From NCBI GenBank assembly GCA_963720755.1, contig CAVRGP010000001.1, forward strand, positions 71,968 to 135,967: 64,000 bases of DNA, written 5' to 3'. Made by a program: the position numbers and the translations under genes. The notes below the pieces were generated by a model. That model had not been told where the DNA came from. It saw only the letters and a list, made by a program, of their open reading frames with translations, and ran no database searches. Below, in pieces: positions 33,879 to 44,259 of the stretch (the first letter of the stretch is position 1; each line of letters starts with the position of its first letter). This DNA is from an uncultured Chloroflexia bacterium (GTDB lineage Bacteria; Chloroflexota; Limnocylindria; Limnocylindrales; CSP1-4).

Positions 33879-35438
33879 TCAGCGGAGACGGCCCATGAGA
33901 TGGTCCCCTACCCGGAGCGCATTGGCCATCGCGGTCAGGGCCGGATTGACGGCACCGATGCTCGGAAAGAAGCTCGTGTCGACGACATACAGGTTGTCCA
34001 CTTCGTGGGTCCGGCAGTTCAGGTCAAGGACGGACGTCGCCGGATCGGTCCCGAACCGGACCGTTCCCGCCTGATGCGCGCAACCCGCGATGGGGATCTC
34101 ATTCTTCAGGTACCCAGTGCGCGGGATCAGGTGGTCGGGATGCATCCCGAGGTGACCGAGCATCGACTTGAGCTGGTGATAGAGGCGGTTCTTCGGTTCC
34201 TGATTGTTCGGTTTGTATGTCAGCTTGATCTTTCCGCCACTCGTCAGCGTGACCCGGTTGCCGGGCGTCGGCAGATCCTCGGTCGACAGCCAGAAATCGA
34301 CGGCGTGCGTGGCCACGTCGGTCAACGAGAACATCGGGGCGAGCTTCGTCTGGAGTGGCTTCTCACCCTTGAACATCTCCGCATCGGACTTGCCGACCAT
34401 CTGGATGTTCCCCATCGGATACTCGAACCCGGCCATCCCGAAGTAGAAGTCGTTGACCCCGAGCGTCTTCTGGAACATCGTCGGGTTCGGTTCCTTGGAG
34501 ATCGCCAGGACCGCCGTGCTGTTGTGGAACATGTAGTTCCGGCCGACCTGGTCCGAGCCGTTCGCCAGACCGTTTGGGTGCTTGTCGTTCGCCGAGGCGA
34601 GCAGGATCTTGGCCGAATTGGCTGCCCCAGCCGAGATGACCACGATGTCTGCGTCATAGATCTCGGTGACGTCGTCGCGCTCGACGACGACCCTCTCGAC
34701 GGCGGTCCCGGCAGCGTTCGTCTCCAGCCGAGTGACCAGCGCTCGGGTCCTGATCGTGACGTTCTTGTGCTCGAGCGCCGGTCGGACCCCAAGCATCTCC
34801 GCATCGGACTTTGCCTGGACCAGGCACGGGAAGCCGTCACAGGTCTGGCATCGGATGCAGTGGCTGTTCGGCCGGTCGTCCTCGAGCAGCCGGACCCCGC
34901 ATGGGGCATGGAACGGGTGGTAGCCCGCTCGCTCCAGGTCGTCCGACAACTGCTGGATGCGCGGTTCATGGCTGAGTGCAGGGTACGGATAGGGGGCGCT
35001 CGCATGGCCTTCGGTCGAGTCCTCGCCGTGGTTGCCGTGGACCTCGTAGAGCTGCTCCGCCTTCGTGTAGTACGGCTCCAGGTCGTCGTACGAGATCGGC
35101 CACGCCGGCGACTTCCCGTCATGGTGGCGGAGCTCCCCGAAGTCCTCGGATCGGAGCCGGTAGAGCGCCGCGCCATACATCTTGGTGGCGCCACCGACCG
35201 CATAGTGGATCCCAGGCTGGAACGGCTTGTCCCTGTCGTCGTACCAGGTCTCCTTGGGCACGTACCGGTTGTCGACGAAGACCGCCTTCGAGTCCCAGTT
35301 TTCCTTCTCGCGCGGCAACCAGTCGCCCCGCTCCAGGATCAGGATCCGTTTCCCCGACGGAGCAAGGTGGCGCGCGAGGGTGCCACCGCCCGCGCCGCTC
35401 CCGATGATGATGACGTCATAGCGGCCGTCACTGGCCAT
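33879..35438 (-). CDS. GMC family flavoprotein oxidoreductase (sugar dehydrogenase-like)
   Basis: IIGSGAGGG, VGGATKMYGA, CIRCQTCDGFPC, HQAGT, NPALT. GGGAG RBS before MASDG. Confidence 0.9.
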   Translation of the reverse strand: MASDGRYDVIIIGSGAGGGTLARHLAPSGKRILILERGDWLPREKENWDSKAVFVDNRYVPKETWYDDRDKPFQPGIHYAVGGATKMYGAALYRLRSEDFGELRHHDGKSPAWPISYDDLEPYYTKAEQLYEVHGNHGEDSTEGHASAPYPYPALSHEPRIQQLSDDLERAGYHPFHAPCGVRLLEDDRPNSHCIRCQTCDGFPCLVQAKSDAEMLGVRPALEHKNVTIRTRALVTRLETNAAGTAVERVVVERDDVTEIYDADIVVISAGAANSAKILLASANDKHPNGLANGSDQVGRNYMFHNSTAVLAISKEPNPTMFQKTLGVNDFYFGMAGFEYPMGNIQMVGKSDAEMFKGEKPLQTKLAPMFSLTDVATHAVDFWLSTEDLPTPGNRVTLTSGGKIKLTYKPNNQEPKNRLYHQLKSMLGHLGMHPDHLIPRTGYLKNEIPIAGCAHQAGTVRFGTDPATSVLDLNCRTHEVDNLYVVDTSFFPSIGAVNPALTAMANALRVGDHLMGRLR

Positions 35439-35466
35439 GTGCACTCTCCCCTCGGTCGGTCGTCGG

Positions 35467-36741
35467 TCAGTCCTCGGCCCAGTCGATCCGGGCGACCTCG
35501 CTGCGATCCAGGACGTACGGTCCATGGCTCGAACCGAAGTAGTCGCCCGCCCATTCGACGAAGGCGTTGGTTCGGTTATGGACCCCGGACATCAACGCCG
35601 CGTGAACGCCGAGCCAGGCGGCGAACGCGATGGATCCATGCAGACCGTGATGGCGCTGGCCCACCTCCGCGACCGCTGCGCCGCGGCCGATCATGGCCAT
35701 GATCCCCTTGTCGAGATAGTGGAACGAGCGCGGAGACTTGCCACCGATCTCGGCGATGATGTTCTTCGCGGCCCACGATCCTGACTGCTGCGCGACGGAG
35801 CCAAGCTGCGGGAAGGTCGTACCGTCCGGGCTCGGGATGTTGGCGATGTCTCCGACGACGTACACCCCGGGGAAACCCTCGAGGCTGAGATCCGGCTGGA
35901 CGTCGATCCGGCCGCCTCGCCCCTGGGGAAGACCGGCGGCCGCGGCGATCGGGGCCGCCTTCAGGCCACCGCCCCAGACGACACAGCGGGTCTTGACCGA
36001 TGAGCCGTCGGACAGGACGACGTGGCCCGGCCCGACTTCAGTGACGCCGAGACCGAGCATCAGGTTGACCCCGTCCCTCGTCAGCACCTTGGCCGCATAG
36101 TCATGCGCCTTCGGCGAGAAGGCTGCGAGCAGCTCATGACCATGGTTGACGAGCCGGACATGCGCCTCGTGGACGATGTCCGGATACTCCGCCGATAGCG
36201 TCGTGGCGATCATCTCGGCGATCGCTCCGGCGACCTCGACTCCGGTCGGTCCGCCACCGACGACGACGAACTCGAGGGCGCCATGCTCGATGAGCGATGG
36301 ATCCCGTTCAGCCTCCTCGAAGGCGGTCAGGACCTGGGATCGCAGTCGCTTTGCGTCGTCGAGCGAGTACAGCGGGAAGGCATGTTCGCGGGCGCCGGGC
36401 GTCTTGAAGAAGAACGCCTGCGAGCCGCCGGCGACGACGAGGTAGTCACCCTGATAGGTGTCGCCGGAGCTCGTGGTCACGCTTCGGGACGCCGGATCCA
36501 CGCCGACGACTTCCCCTTGCACGAAGACCAGGCCCGCATGCGCCGCGACCTCGTGGAGCGGGTAGGCGATATCGATGGGGGCGAGCTGGCAGGTGGCGAC
36601 CTGGTACAGAAGCGGCTGGAACTGGTGATAGTCGTGCTGGTCGATGAGCGTGACCTCGACGCCCTTGTGCGACGCGAGTTTCCGCGCGCAGGCCACGCCT
36701 GCAAAGCCGCCGCCGACGACCACGACCCGGGTCGCGCTCAC
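35467..36741 (-). CDS. ndh: Type II NADH dehydrogenase
   Basis: VGGGFAG, FQPLLYQVAT, VGGGPTGVE, YLDKGIMAMIGR, AWLGVH. Confidence 0.88.
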   Translation of the reverse strand: MSATRVVVVGGGFAGVACARKLASHKGVEVTLIDQHDYHQFQPLLYQVATCQLAPIDIAYPLHEVAAHAGLVFVQGEVVGVDPASRSVTTSSGDTYQGDYLVVAGGSQAFFFKTPGAREHAFPLYSLDDAKRLRSQVLTAFEEAERDPSLIEHGALEFVVVGGGPTGVEVAGAIAEMIATTLSAEYPDIVHEAHVRLVNHGHELLAAFSPKAHDYAAKVLTRDGVNLMLGLGVTEVGPGHVVLSDGSSVKTRCVVWGGGLKAAPIAAAAGLPQGRGGRIDVQPDLSLEGFPGVYVVGDIANIPSPDGTTFPQLGSVAQQSGSWAAKNIIAEIGGKSPRSFHYLDKGIMAMIGRGAAVAEVGQRHHGLHGSIAFAAWLGVHAALMSGVHNRTNAFVEWAGDYFGSSHGPYVLDRSEVARIDWAED

Positions 36742-36900
36742 CCTGGAACCACGTTCATCATCGATCCCCCATGATCATCCCGGTCCGGGCGCCGCCGTGC
36801 CCGTCGCGGTCGGGTCGCGCCGGGATGGAGCGGGGGCGGTCGCCTCCGGTGTCCGCCCCATCATATGCCGACGAGAGCGACCCCACCGCGATGCCATGGA

Positions 36901-38427
36901 TCAGTCGCCGGCTTCGATCTCCCGTTTGCGTCGCGCGACGAACGCGTCGAGTGCCGCCGTGACCGCCGGGTCGAGGGTGGACGGACCCGCCTCCGCGAGA
37001 AGCTGCTTCCAGATCGTGTTGGCTCGCTGGGTCGCCGTCCGGGCGCCGTCGGACTGCCACGTCTCGAAGTTGCGCCAATCGGAGACGAGCGGCCGATAAA
37101 ACGCGGTCTCGAACCGCTCAAGGGTGTGCGCGGTCCCGAAGAAATGGCCACCCGGCCCGACGTCGGCGATAGCCTCAAGACCCAGGCTTGCGTCGTCGAC
37201 CACCAGCGGCTGGAATACCTCCGACATCATCTGGAGGATCTCGGCGTCGATGATCAGTTTCTCGTAGGACGCGGTCAGTCCGCCCTCGAGCCAGCCGGCC
37301 CCCTGGTAGAGCAGATTGACCCCGCCCATCACGGCGCCCCAGACCGCCATCTCGGATTCGTAGGCTGCCTGCGCGTCCACGACGTTCGAGGCGGTGGTGT
37401 TCGACGATCGCCAGGGCAGGCCGTAGCGGCGCGCCAGCTGTCCGCTGGCCAGGGCACCCTTGACGTATTCCGGGGTCCCGAACGCCGGTGCCCCGGTTCG
37501 CATGTCGACGTTGGAGGTGAAGGCTCCGTACACCATCGGCACGCCGGGGCGAACGATCTGGGCGAGCGCGATCAGGAAGAGCGCCTCGGCGTTCTGCTGG
37601 GCCAGGGCACCCGCCAGCGACACTGGGCTCATCGCGCCGGCCAGCGTGAACGGGGTCGCCACGACCGGCTGTCCGTGCAACGCCATCTCCATCAGGCCGT
37701 CGCCCATCGGTCCGTCCAGACGGAGCGGCGAGTTCGTGTTGATGACGGTCATCAACGACGGCTCGATCAGGAGTCGGTCGCGGTCCACGCCCCGGATCAG
37801 GCAGGCGACCTCGATCGCGTCGTCCACCGGCCGGGCCCCGAACCCCAGGCACTGCCAGGTCTTGTCGAGCTCGACCGCGAAGGTGCGGTACATGTCCAGG
37901 TGCCGCGTCGCGACCGGCAGGTCGTTCGGCTCGAGCGGTCCCCCGCCTTCCTGGTGGATGACATCGAGCGATCCGATGATCCGGACGTAGTCGACGAAAT
38001 CGGCGAAGTTCCCGGACCGCCGCCCACGGTCGAGATCGCTGACGAACGCCGGACCACCGACCGCGCCGAACACGATGTTCGAGCCCCCGAACTCGAGATC
38101 CCGTTCGGGGTTCCTGGCATGGAGGCGGAACGTCGACGGCGTCGTGGCGATGAGGCTCTCGAGATGGTCCGGATCGAGCCGAACGTTGCGGCTGAGCCGA
38201 TCCACCCTGGCGCCCGCGGCCGCGAACGCCTCGAGGGCCCGATCGCCCAGGACCTCGACGCCGATCTCGGCCAGGATCCGGAGCGTCGCCATGTGGATCG
38301 ATTCGAGCTGATCGGCCGACAGGATCTCCACCGGCCGGAACGGGTTGGTCAGCCGTCGCCACGGCAACTGGGCAAGACCGGGAGTGGCACGGCGCGGACG
38401 GCGGCGGGTAGCGGTCGGCTGATCCAT
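36901..38427 (-). CDS. Trimethylamine methyltransferase (MttB) family, non-pyrrolysine
   Basis: INTNSPL, PFTLAGAMSP, SNVDMRTGAPAFGTPE, GAGWLEGGL (Trp at the pyrrolysine position), GPGGHFFG. Confidence 0.9.
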   Translation of the reverse strand: MDQPTATRRRPRRATPGLAQLPWRRLTNPFRPVEILSADQLESIHMATLRILAEIGVEVLGDRALEAFAAAGARVDRLSRNVRLDPDHLESLIATTPSTFRLHARNPERDLEFGGSNIVFGAVGGPAFVSDLDRGRRSGNFADFVDYVRIIGSLDVIHQEGGGPLEPNDLPVATRHLDMYRTFAVELDKTWQCLGFGARPVDDAIEVACLIRGVDRDRLLIEPSLMTVINTNSPLRLDGPMGDGLMEMALHGQPVVATPFTLAGAMSPVSLAGALAQQNAEALFLIALAQIVRPGVPMVYGAFTSNVDMRTGAPAFGTPEYVKGALASGQLARRYGLPWRSSNTTASNVVDAQAAYESEMAVWGAVMGGVNLLYQGAGWLEGGLTASYEKLIIDAEILQMMSEVFQPLVVDDASLGLEAIADVGPGGHFFGTAHTLERFETAFYRPLVSDWRNFETWQSDGARTATQRANTIWKQLLAEAGPSTLDPAVTAALDAFVARRKREIEAGD

Positions 38428-38452
38428 CCGCTGATGCTACGTGCCCACCCGT

Positions 38453-38469
38453 TCTCATGTTCGTCTCAT
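38453..38469 (+). promoter_or_regulatory. Perfect direct-repeat box TCTCAT-N5-TCTCAT upstream of the MacAB-like operon
   Basis: tctcat gttcg tctcat, 11-bp period, about 70 nt before ATG 38540. Confidence 0.6.
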
Positions 38470-38539
38470 CTCCGACCCCCTGAATGGAGGTCACTGCCCA
38501 GCGGGCCTGTGCTCGTGCCCGCGTCCGACAGGAGATCCG

Positions 38540-39703
38540 ATGAAACTCAAGATCGCGACCATCGTCGCGCTGGCCGCCGTGGGGATCGGCGCGGCGTTCG
38601 TGGCCGTCGGCGGCCTTCCCGCCAACGCCGCGAACGACACTCGCTACCTGACCAGCGTCGCCGCCACCGGTGACGTGGTCGACGACGTCGCCGCCACCGG
38701 CACCGTCGCCGCCACCGCGTCCTATGGCGTTTCGTTCGGATCACCGGCCCATCTCGCCGGTGCCGCGACCAGCGGATCGAGCACCTGGACGGTCAAGACG
38801 GTCGCGGTGAAGGTCGGTGACGTGGTCAAGACGGGCGACGTGGTCGCTACGGCCGACACCACCGACCTGAAGCGCCAACTCGCTGACGCGACCGCCTCGT
38901 ACGCCAGCGCGAAGATCCAACTGAAGATCGCCAAGCAGACCCTCGCCGATGCCACGGACACCGCGACGACCCGGCAGGCCAAGATCTCCCTCTACGGCGC
39001 CAAGAGCCAGGTCTCGAGCGCACTGACCGCCAAGCAGGACCTCGAGGACCAGATCAAGTACGCCGCGCTGACCGCGCCGATCGACGGCACCGTCACTGCG
39101 GTCAACATCGTCGCCGACCTCGACGCGCCGTCGGGCGACGCGGTCGTCATCGACACGAGCACCCTCGAGGTCACCGCCGACGTCGTCGAGAGCGACCTGG
39201 CGTCGATGTCCGTCGGGCAGCAGGCGACCGTCTCGATCTCGGCCGTCGGGGCTGACGTCACCGGCACCGTCACCTCGATCGCCCCGACCACGACGGGCAG
39301 CTCGAATGGCAGCGTCGTGTCCTATCCCGTGACCGTGTCGCTCGAGAACGCCCCGGCGACCGTGCGGGTGGGTATGACCGCGGACATCACGATCACGATC
39401 GACAGCGCGACCAATGTGCTGACCGTGCCGACGACGGCCCTGCGCGGCACCACCGGCGCCTATACCGTCCTCGTCCTCGGGGCGGACGGCCAGCCGACCG
39501 CGCGGACCGTCGAGATCGGCCTCGTGGCCAGCAACCTCGCCGAGGTCCGATCCGGCCTGGACGCCGGCCAGGAGGTCGTCACGGGCGTCGCGAACACGCA
39601 GACGACCACGACCAACCAGGGCGGCTTCGGCGGCGGTGGCGCCTTCCCGGTCGGCGGCGGTTTCGGCGGCAACGGGGGCGGCCGGATCCGGGTCGGAAAC
39701 TAG
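38540..39703 (+). CDS. Membrane fusion/periplasmic adaptor subunit (MacA/YknX-like)
   Basis: N-terminal anchor, VKVGDVVKTGD barrel-sandwich, coiled coil, APIDGTV, ESD....VGQ, GMTA. AGGAG RBS. Confidence 0.9.
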   Translation: MKLKIATIVALAAVGIGAAFVAVGGLPANAANDTRYLTSVAATGDVVDDVAATGTVAATASYGVSFGSPAHLAGAATSGSSTWTVKTVAVKVGDVVKTGDVVATADTTDLKRQLADATASYASAKIQLKIAKQTLADATDTATTRQAKISLYGAKSQVSSALTAKQDLEDQIKYAALTAPIDGTVTAVNIVADLDAPSGDAVVIDTSTLEVTADVVESDLASMSVGQQATVSISAVGADVTGTVTSIAPTTTGSSNGSVVSYPVTVSLENAPATVRVGMTADITITIDSATNVLTVPTTALRGTTGAYTVLVLGADGQPTARTVEIGLVASNLAEVRSGLDAGQEVVTGVANTQTTTTNQGGFGGGGAFPVGGGFGGNGGGRIRVGN

Positions 39704-39704
39704 G

Positions 39705-40379
39705 ATGACCGACGCGATCATCAGCCTCGATCACGTCAGTCGGATCTACCAGATGGGCCACATCGAGGTCCCAGCCCTGCTCGACGTCAGCCTGGAGGTC
39801 CATCCGGGCGAATTCGTGGCCATCGTCGGACCATCCGGATCCGGCAAGACCACGATGATGAATGTCCTCGGCTGCCTGGACCGACCGAGCGCCGGCGAGT
39901 ATCGACTCGCCGGCACGCCCGTCGCGGCACTCGACGACGACGATCTCGCCCGGCTCCGCAGCCGCACGATCGGCTTCGTCTTCCAGTCATACAACCTCCT
40001 GCCGCGGACCACCGCGCTCGACAACGTCGCCACCCCGCTCCTGTATCAGGGCGTCTCGCGGTCCGAGCGCTCGCGCCGGGCCCAGCTCGCGCTCGAGCGG
40101 CTGGGTCTGGGGGACCGCGTCCATCACGAGCCGACGGAACTGTCAGGCGGACAGCAACAGCGGGTGGCCGTGGCTCGGGCACTCGTCACCGAACCCGCGC
40201 TGATCCTCGCCGACGAACCGACCGGCAATCTCGACAGCGCATCCGGGGCCGACGTGATGGACCTGCTCCATGAACTCAACGCGGCCGGTCGGACGATCGT
40301 GCTCATCACCCACGATGCCGATGTCGCCTCCGCAGCCGGCCGGCAGATCCACCTCCACGACGGGCGGGTCGTGGCGTGA
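39705..40379 (+). CDS. MacB/LolD-type ABC ATPase
   Basis: GPSGSGKTT, IGFVFQSYNL, LSGGQQQR, ADEPTGNLD, ITHD. Confidence 0.94.
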   Translation: MTDAIISLDHVSRIYQMGHIEVPALLDVSLEVHPGEFVAIVGPSGSGKTTMMNVLGCLDRPSAGEYRLAGTPVAALDDDDLARLRSRTIGFVFQSYNLLPRTTALDNVATPLLYQGVSRSERSRRAQLALERLGLGDRVHHEPTELSGGQQQRVAVARALVTEPALILADEPTGNLDSASGADVMDLLHELNAAGRTIVLITHDADVASAAGRQIHLHDGRVVA

Positions 40380-41554
40380 GCCTCCTCGAACTCCTCCGCC
40401 TCGCGCTCTCGCGCCTGCGCACGAGCCGGCTGCGCGCGGCGCTGACGATGCTGGGCGTCATCATCGGGGTCGCCTCGGTCGTGGCCCTGGTCGGCGTCGG
40501 ACAGGGCACGACGTCGAACATCACCACCAGGCTTGCGGGACTCGGCACGAATCTCTTGACCGTGAGCCCGTCGGGGCAGGCGACGACCCTGACCCTCGAG
40601 GACGCCGACGCGATCGCCGCGTTGCCGTCGGTCGCGGGGGTCGCGCCGGAAGTCTCGACCAACGGGAATGTCGCAGCCGGCCCGCAATCGACCACCACGA
40701 CCGTCGTGGGCACGACCGCGGACTACCTCCAGGTGCGCGCCTACGACCTGTGGCAGGGATCGTTCCTGACCGATCCCACCGTCGACCGGGGCCTCCGAGT
40801 CGCCGTCCTCGGGGCGACGACCGCGACGGATCTGGCCCTGACGTCGAGCGACCTGGGGTCGACCATCGCGATCAACGGCCTGCCCTTCCAGGTGATCGGT
40901 ATCCTGCAGGCCAAGGGCGGCAGCGGGTTCCAGAACCCCGACGACCAGGTCATGGTTCCGGTCGGAGCCGTGCAGAAGTACTTCGTCGGCGGTGACACGG
41001 TCCGGACGATCGGGGTGAGCGTCGCGACCGCCGACCAGATGGATGCCGCCAGCGCGGCCATCACCAGCCTGCTCACGGAGCGGCACGACCTGTCGCCGAC
41101 CGATACGGCCGACTTCCAGGTCTTCAACCAGACCCAGCTGCTGGCGGCGGCCTCGTCGATCAGCGACACCCTGACCCTCCTGCTGGGGGGCATCGCCTCG
41201 ATCTCCCTGATCGTCGGCGGGATCGGGATCATGAACATCATGCTGGTCTCTGTCCGGGAACGGACGCGCGAGATCGGGATCCGCAAGGCCGTCGGCGCGC
41301 GAGGACGAGACATCCTCGCCCAGTTCCTCGTCGAGGCCCTGACCCTGTCCTTGCTCGGCGGGCTCATCGGCATCGTCGTCGGGCTCGCCGTCTCCGCCCT
41401 GATCGGCCAGCTGGCCGGCTGGGGCTTCACCTTCAATCCGGCCACCGTGGCCATCGCCGTCCTGTTCAGCCTGGTCGTCGGCGTCGTCTTCGGCGTCTGG
41501 CCCGCCCGCCAGGCCGCTCGTCTCGATCCCATCACCGCCTTGCGCTACGAGTAA
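40376..41554 (+). CDS. MacB/FtsX-type ABC permease
   Basis: LTMLGVIIGV, GGIGIMNIMLVSV.ERTREIGIRKAVGA, PA.QAARLDPI.ALRYE. Confidence 0.94.
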   Translation: MSLLELLRLALSRLRTSRLRAALTMLGVIIGVASVVALVGVGQGTTSNITTRLAGLGTNLLTVSPSGQATTLTLEDADAIAALPSVAGVAPEVSTNGNVAAGPQSTTTTVVGTTADYLQVRAYDLWQGSFLTDPTVDRGLRVAVLGATTATDLALTSSDLGSTIAINGLPFQVIGILQAKGGSGFQNPDDQVMVPVGAVQKYFVGGDTVRTIGVSVATADQMDAASAAITSLLTERHDLSPTDTADFQVFNQTQLLAAASSISDTLTLLLGGIASISLIVGGIGIMNIMLVSVRERTREIGIRKAVGARGRDILAQFLVEALTLSLLGGLIGIVVGLAVSALIGQLAGWGFTFNPATVAIAVLFSLVVGVVFGVWPARQAARLDPITALRYE

Positions 41555-41566
41555 AGGAGTCTGTTC

Positions 41567-42181
41567 GTGACCTTCGATCCGACCAAGCGGGAACCGGCCG
41601 TTCCGCCTACGCCCGCCGCGACGCCGCCCGCGCCGGTGATCCCGGGACCCGTGACGACGGCCCCGATCGGGGCTGCCCCGACGGCCAAGGGCTCGTCATC
41701 GGGGCGATGGCTCAACGTCATCCTCGCCGGTGCCCTGCTGTTCGCGGTCGGCGGCATCGCGTTCGCGATCGGCCGGACGACCGCGCCGGCCACCACGGTC
41801 GCGGGCAACGGGCGCTTCGGCAACGGCGTCTTCCCCATCGGCAGTGGCGCTCCCGCGTTCGGGAACGGCGGGCAGGGCGGCCAGGGTGGGGGCTTCATCG
41901 GCCGTGGCAACGGCCTGACCATCACCGGGACGGTCGCTTCGATCTCCGGCGATACGATGACGATCACGACGGCCAACGGCCAGACGATCGACGTGACCCT
42001 GGGCTCGGACACCACCTATAGCAGCAAGACCCCGGCCTCGGCCTCGGCTGTGACCAGCGGCTCGACCGTGGAGGTCCAGATCGATCCGGCCAGCGGCTTC
42101 GGCGGCCTCGGGCGGGGCGGCGCCGCTCCCAGCGGCAGCACGCCGACCGTGACCGCGGCGGGCGTCACCGTCGACCCGTAG
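41567..42181 (+). CDS. Membrane-anchored protein with one DUF5666-like beta domain
   Basis: TM helix, Gly-rich linker, ITGTVASISGDTMTITTANGQTIDV..DTTY pattern. AAGGAG RBS. Confidence 0.65.
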   Translation: MTFDPTKREPAVPPTPAATPPAPVIPGPVTTAPIGAAPTAKGSSSGRWLNVILAGALLFAVGGIAFAIGRTTAPATTVAGNGRFGNGVFPIGSGAPAFGNGGQGGQGGGFIGRGNGLTITGTVASISGDTMTITTANGQTIDVTLGSDTTYSSKTPASASAVTSGSTVEVQIDPASGFGGLGRGGAAPSGSTPTVTAAGVTVDP

Positions 42182-42201
42182 ATCGCAGGTAGGCTGATCC
42201 C

Positions 42202-42876
42202 ATGCATCTGCTCGTCATCGAGGATGACCCTCGTCTGGTCCGCCTGCTTCGGCGCCTGCTCGAGGAGGACCGCCACATCGTCGAGACGGCGATGACCGGG
42301 GCCGATGGTCTCGATATCGTCGCGGCGACGACGGGTATCGAAGTCATCATTTTGGACCTCGGGCTCCCGGATATCTCGGGGTTGGAGGTCGCGCGGCGGA
42401 TCCGGGCGACCGGATCGGAGGTGTCGATCCTCATCCTGACCGCCCGTGACACCGTGGGTGACCGGGTGACCGGGCTCGACGCCGGCGCGGACGACTACCT
42501 GGTCAAGCCATTCGCCTACGAGGAGCTGGCCGCGAGGTTGCGGGCCCTCGGCCGTCGAGGACTCGGGACCAGGCGGGCGGAGCCCAAACTGGTGGTCGGT
42601 CCGATCGTGCTCGATGAGACGTCCCGCCGGGTCACCCTGGACGGCAAGACCATCGATCTCAGTCCGCGCGAGTACTCGCTGCTCGAATGCCTGCTCCGGC
42701 ATCCGGGGCAGACGTTGTCCCGCGATCAGCTCCTCGACCAGGCCTGGCCGTTCAGCGTGGCGGTCACCCCGAACGCCGTGGACGCCTATGTCCACTACCT
42801 GCGCGACAAGCTCGGCTCCGCCGGCAAGCTCATCGAGACGGTCCGCGGGGTGGGATATCGTCTGGCCGATGCCTGA
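42202..42876 (+). CDS. OmpR/PhoB family response regulator (second, MprA-like)
   Basis: LLVIEDD, LDLGLP, GADDYLVKPF, VDAYVHYLRDKL, TVRGVGY. Confidence 0.93.
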   Translation: MHLLVIEDDPRLVRLLRRLLEEDRHIVETAMTGADGLDIVAATTGIEVIILDLGLPDISGLEVARRIRATGSEVSILILTARDTVGDRVTGLDAGADDYLVKPFAYEELAARLRALGRRGLGTRRAEPKLVVGPIVLDETSRRVTLDGKTIDLSPREYSLLECLLRHPGQTLSRDQLLDQAWPFSVAVTPNAVDAYVHYLRDKLGSAGKLIETVRGVGYRLADA

Positions 42877-44218
42877 CGGGATCCTGCCACCGACCGAAGA
42901 GACCGGGCCCGAAGTCGCCGCCGAGGCCGCTGACGGGGCGATGATCCGCCACGTCCGGCGCAACCTCGTGTTGTGGAGCGGTGGGACGACGCTGCTCATC
43001 CTGGTCACCCTGGCGGCCGCGCTGTACCTGGCAGCGGCGAGGTCGCTGGCCAACGCCGGGATCGACCAGCTCGACACCCGGATGGGGATCATCCGTGGCG
43101 ATCGACCCGACCCCGACGACTCGACGCGCTATGGATTCATCTTCGGTGGTGGCGGGACCGGGACGTACGCCATGATCCTCGATCCGTCCGGAGCGCCGAT
43201 CCTCGGACCGCGCGACATCGCACCGCCGCCGGGGCTGCCGTATGAACCGGGTGTCCAGGCCGCGGCGATCTCGGGACGCGACGTCCAGACCGCCGTCGTC
43301 GCATCGACGCCCGTCCGGATCCTGACCGAGACGATCGACCTCGCCGATCGCGGCGTGTACACGGTCCAGATCGTGCAGGATCGGACGACCGAGCAACAGA
43401 CCCTGGCGGTCATCCAGTTCGTGCTCGCGGTGGGCGGCCTGCTCGTGCTGGTGGTGTCGTTCGGGTTTGGGACGATCTACGCGCGACGAGCCCTGGTCCC
43501 GATCCGCGAGTCCCTTTCGAGCCAGCGGACGGCACTGCGCCGGCAGCGGGAATTCGCCGCCGACGCGAGCCACGAACTTCGGACACCGCTGACGGTCATC
43601 CGAAGCAGCGTCGAGTACCTCGGGCGCCACCAGGACGAGCCGGTCGGGACCGTCGGGTCCGCGCTCGAGGACATCGACGATGAGGTTCGCCACATGACGT
43701 CCATCGTGGAGGATCTACTCCTGCTCGCCCGATCCGATTCAGGTGCGGTGGCGCTCGACCGTGTCCCGGTCGACCTCGGCGACGTCGCGACAGATGGCGC
43801 CTCGGCCCTGGGCAAGCCGGCGACCGACCGCGGGGTCCAGGTCGTCGTCGACCCACAGCCTGCCGTGATCGAGGGCGATCCGGCGCGATTGCGGCAACTC
43901 GTGATGATCCTGGTGGACAACGCCATCCGCCACAGCCCGGCCGGTGGGCGAGTCGACGTGACCGTTCGGGCCGATCCACACGATGGCTACCTCGTGGTCG
44001 AGGACAGTGGGCCAGGGATCCGTCCGGAGGACCTGCCGCACCTGTTCGAGCGCTTCTATCGTGCCTCTGGCGCCCCTGGTGGCGGCACCGGCTTGGGGCT
44101 CGCGATCGCGCAGTGGATCGTCGACCGCCACGGCGGCCGGATCGACGTGGAGAATCGAACCGAAGGTGGAGCGAGGTTCATCTGTACGCTGCCCACCGCT
44201 GGCGGCCCGGTCGGCTGA
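42869..44218 (+). CDS. Sensor histidine kinase (paralog of 14320..15630)
   Basis: Two TM helices, RALVPIR, FAADASHELRTPL, LVDNA, DSGPGI, GTGLGLAI. Confidence 0.93.
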   Translation: MPDGILPPTEETGPEVAAEAADGAMIRHVRRNLVLWSGGTTLLILVTLAAALYLAAARSLANAGIDQLDTRMGIIRGDRPDPDDSTRYGFIFGGGGTGTYAMILDPSGAPILGPRDIAPPPGLPYEPGVQAAAISGRDVQTAVVASTPVRILTETIDLADRGVYTVQIVQDRTTEQQTLAVIQFVLAVGGLLVLVVSFGFGTIYARRALVPIRESLSSQRTALRRQREFAADASHELRTPLTVIRSSVEYLGRHQDEPVGTVGSALEDIDDEVRHMTSIVEDLLLLARSDSGAVALDRVPVDLGDVATDGASALGKPATDRGVQVVVDPQPAVIEGDPARLRQLVMILVDNAIRHSPAGGRVDVTVRADPHDGYLVVEDSGPGIRPEDLPHLFERFYRASGAPGGGTGLGLAIAQWIVDRHGGRIDVENRTEGGARFICTLPTAGGPVG

Positions 44219-44259
44219 CAGCTCCTCGGGCCATACTTGGGGGCGAGGAGGAGACAACG

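Noticed and set aside
36738-36761. Minus-strand mini-ORF MMNVVPG overlapping the ndh GTG start, preceded by a GGGGGA RBS-like run
   Set aside because: It could be a leader peptide, but one missing G in the GGG run would fuse it in frame to ndh. This cannot be resolved without reads.
36776-36827. Inverted repeat CATCCCGG...CCGGGATG in the ndh upstream region as a possible riboswitch
   Set aside because: An 8-bp GC-rich stem is expected by chance, and I recognise no riboswitch consensus.
36901-38427. Pyrrolysine recoding in mttB
   Set aside because: The ORF has no internal amber codon, Trp occupies the site, and no pyl genes are visible.
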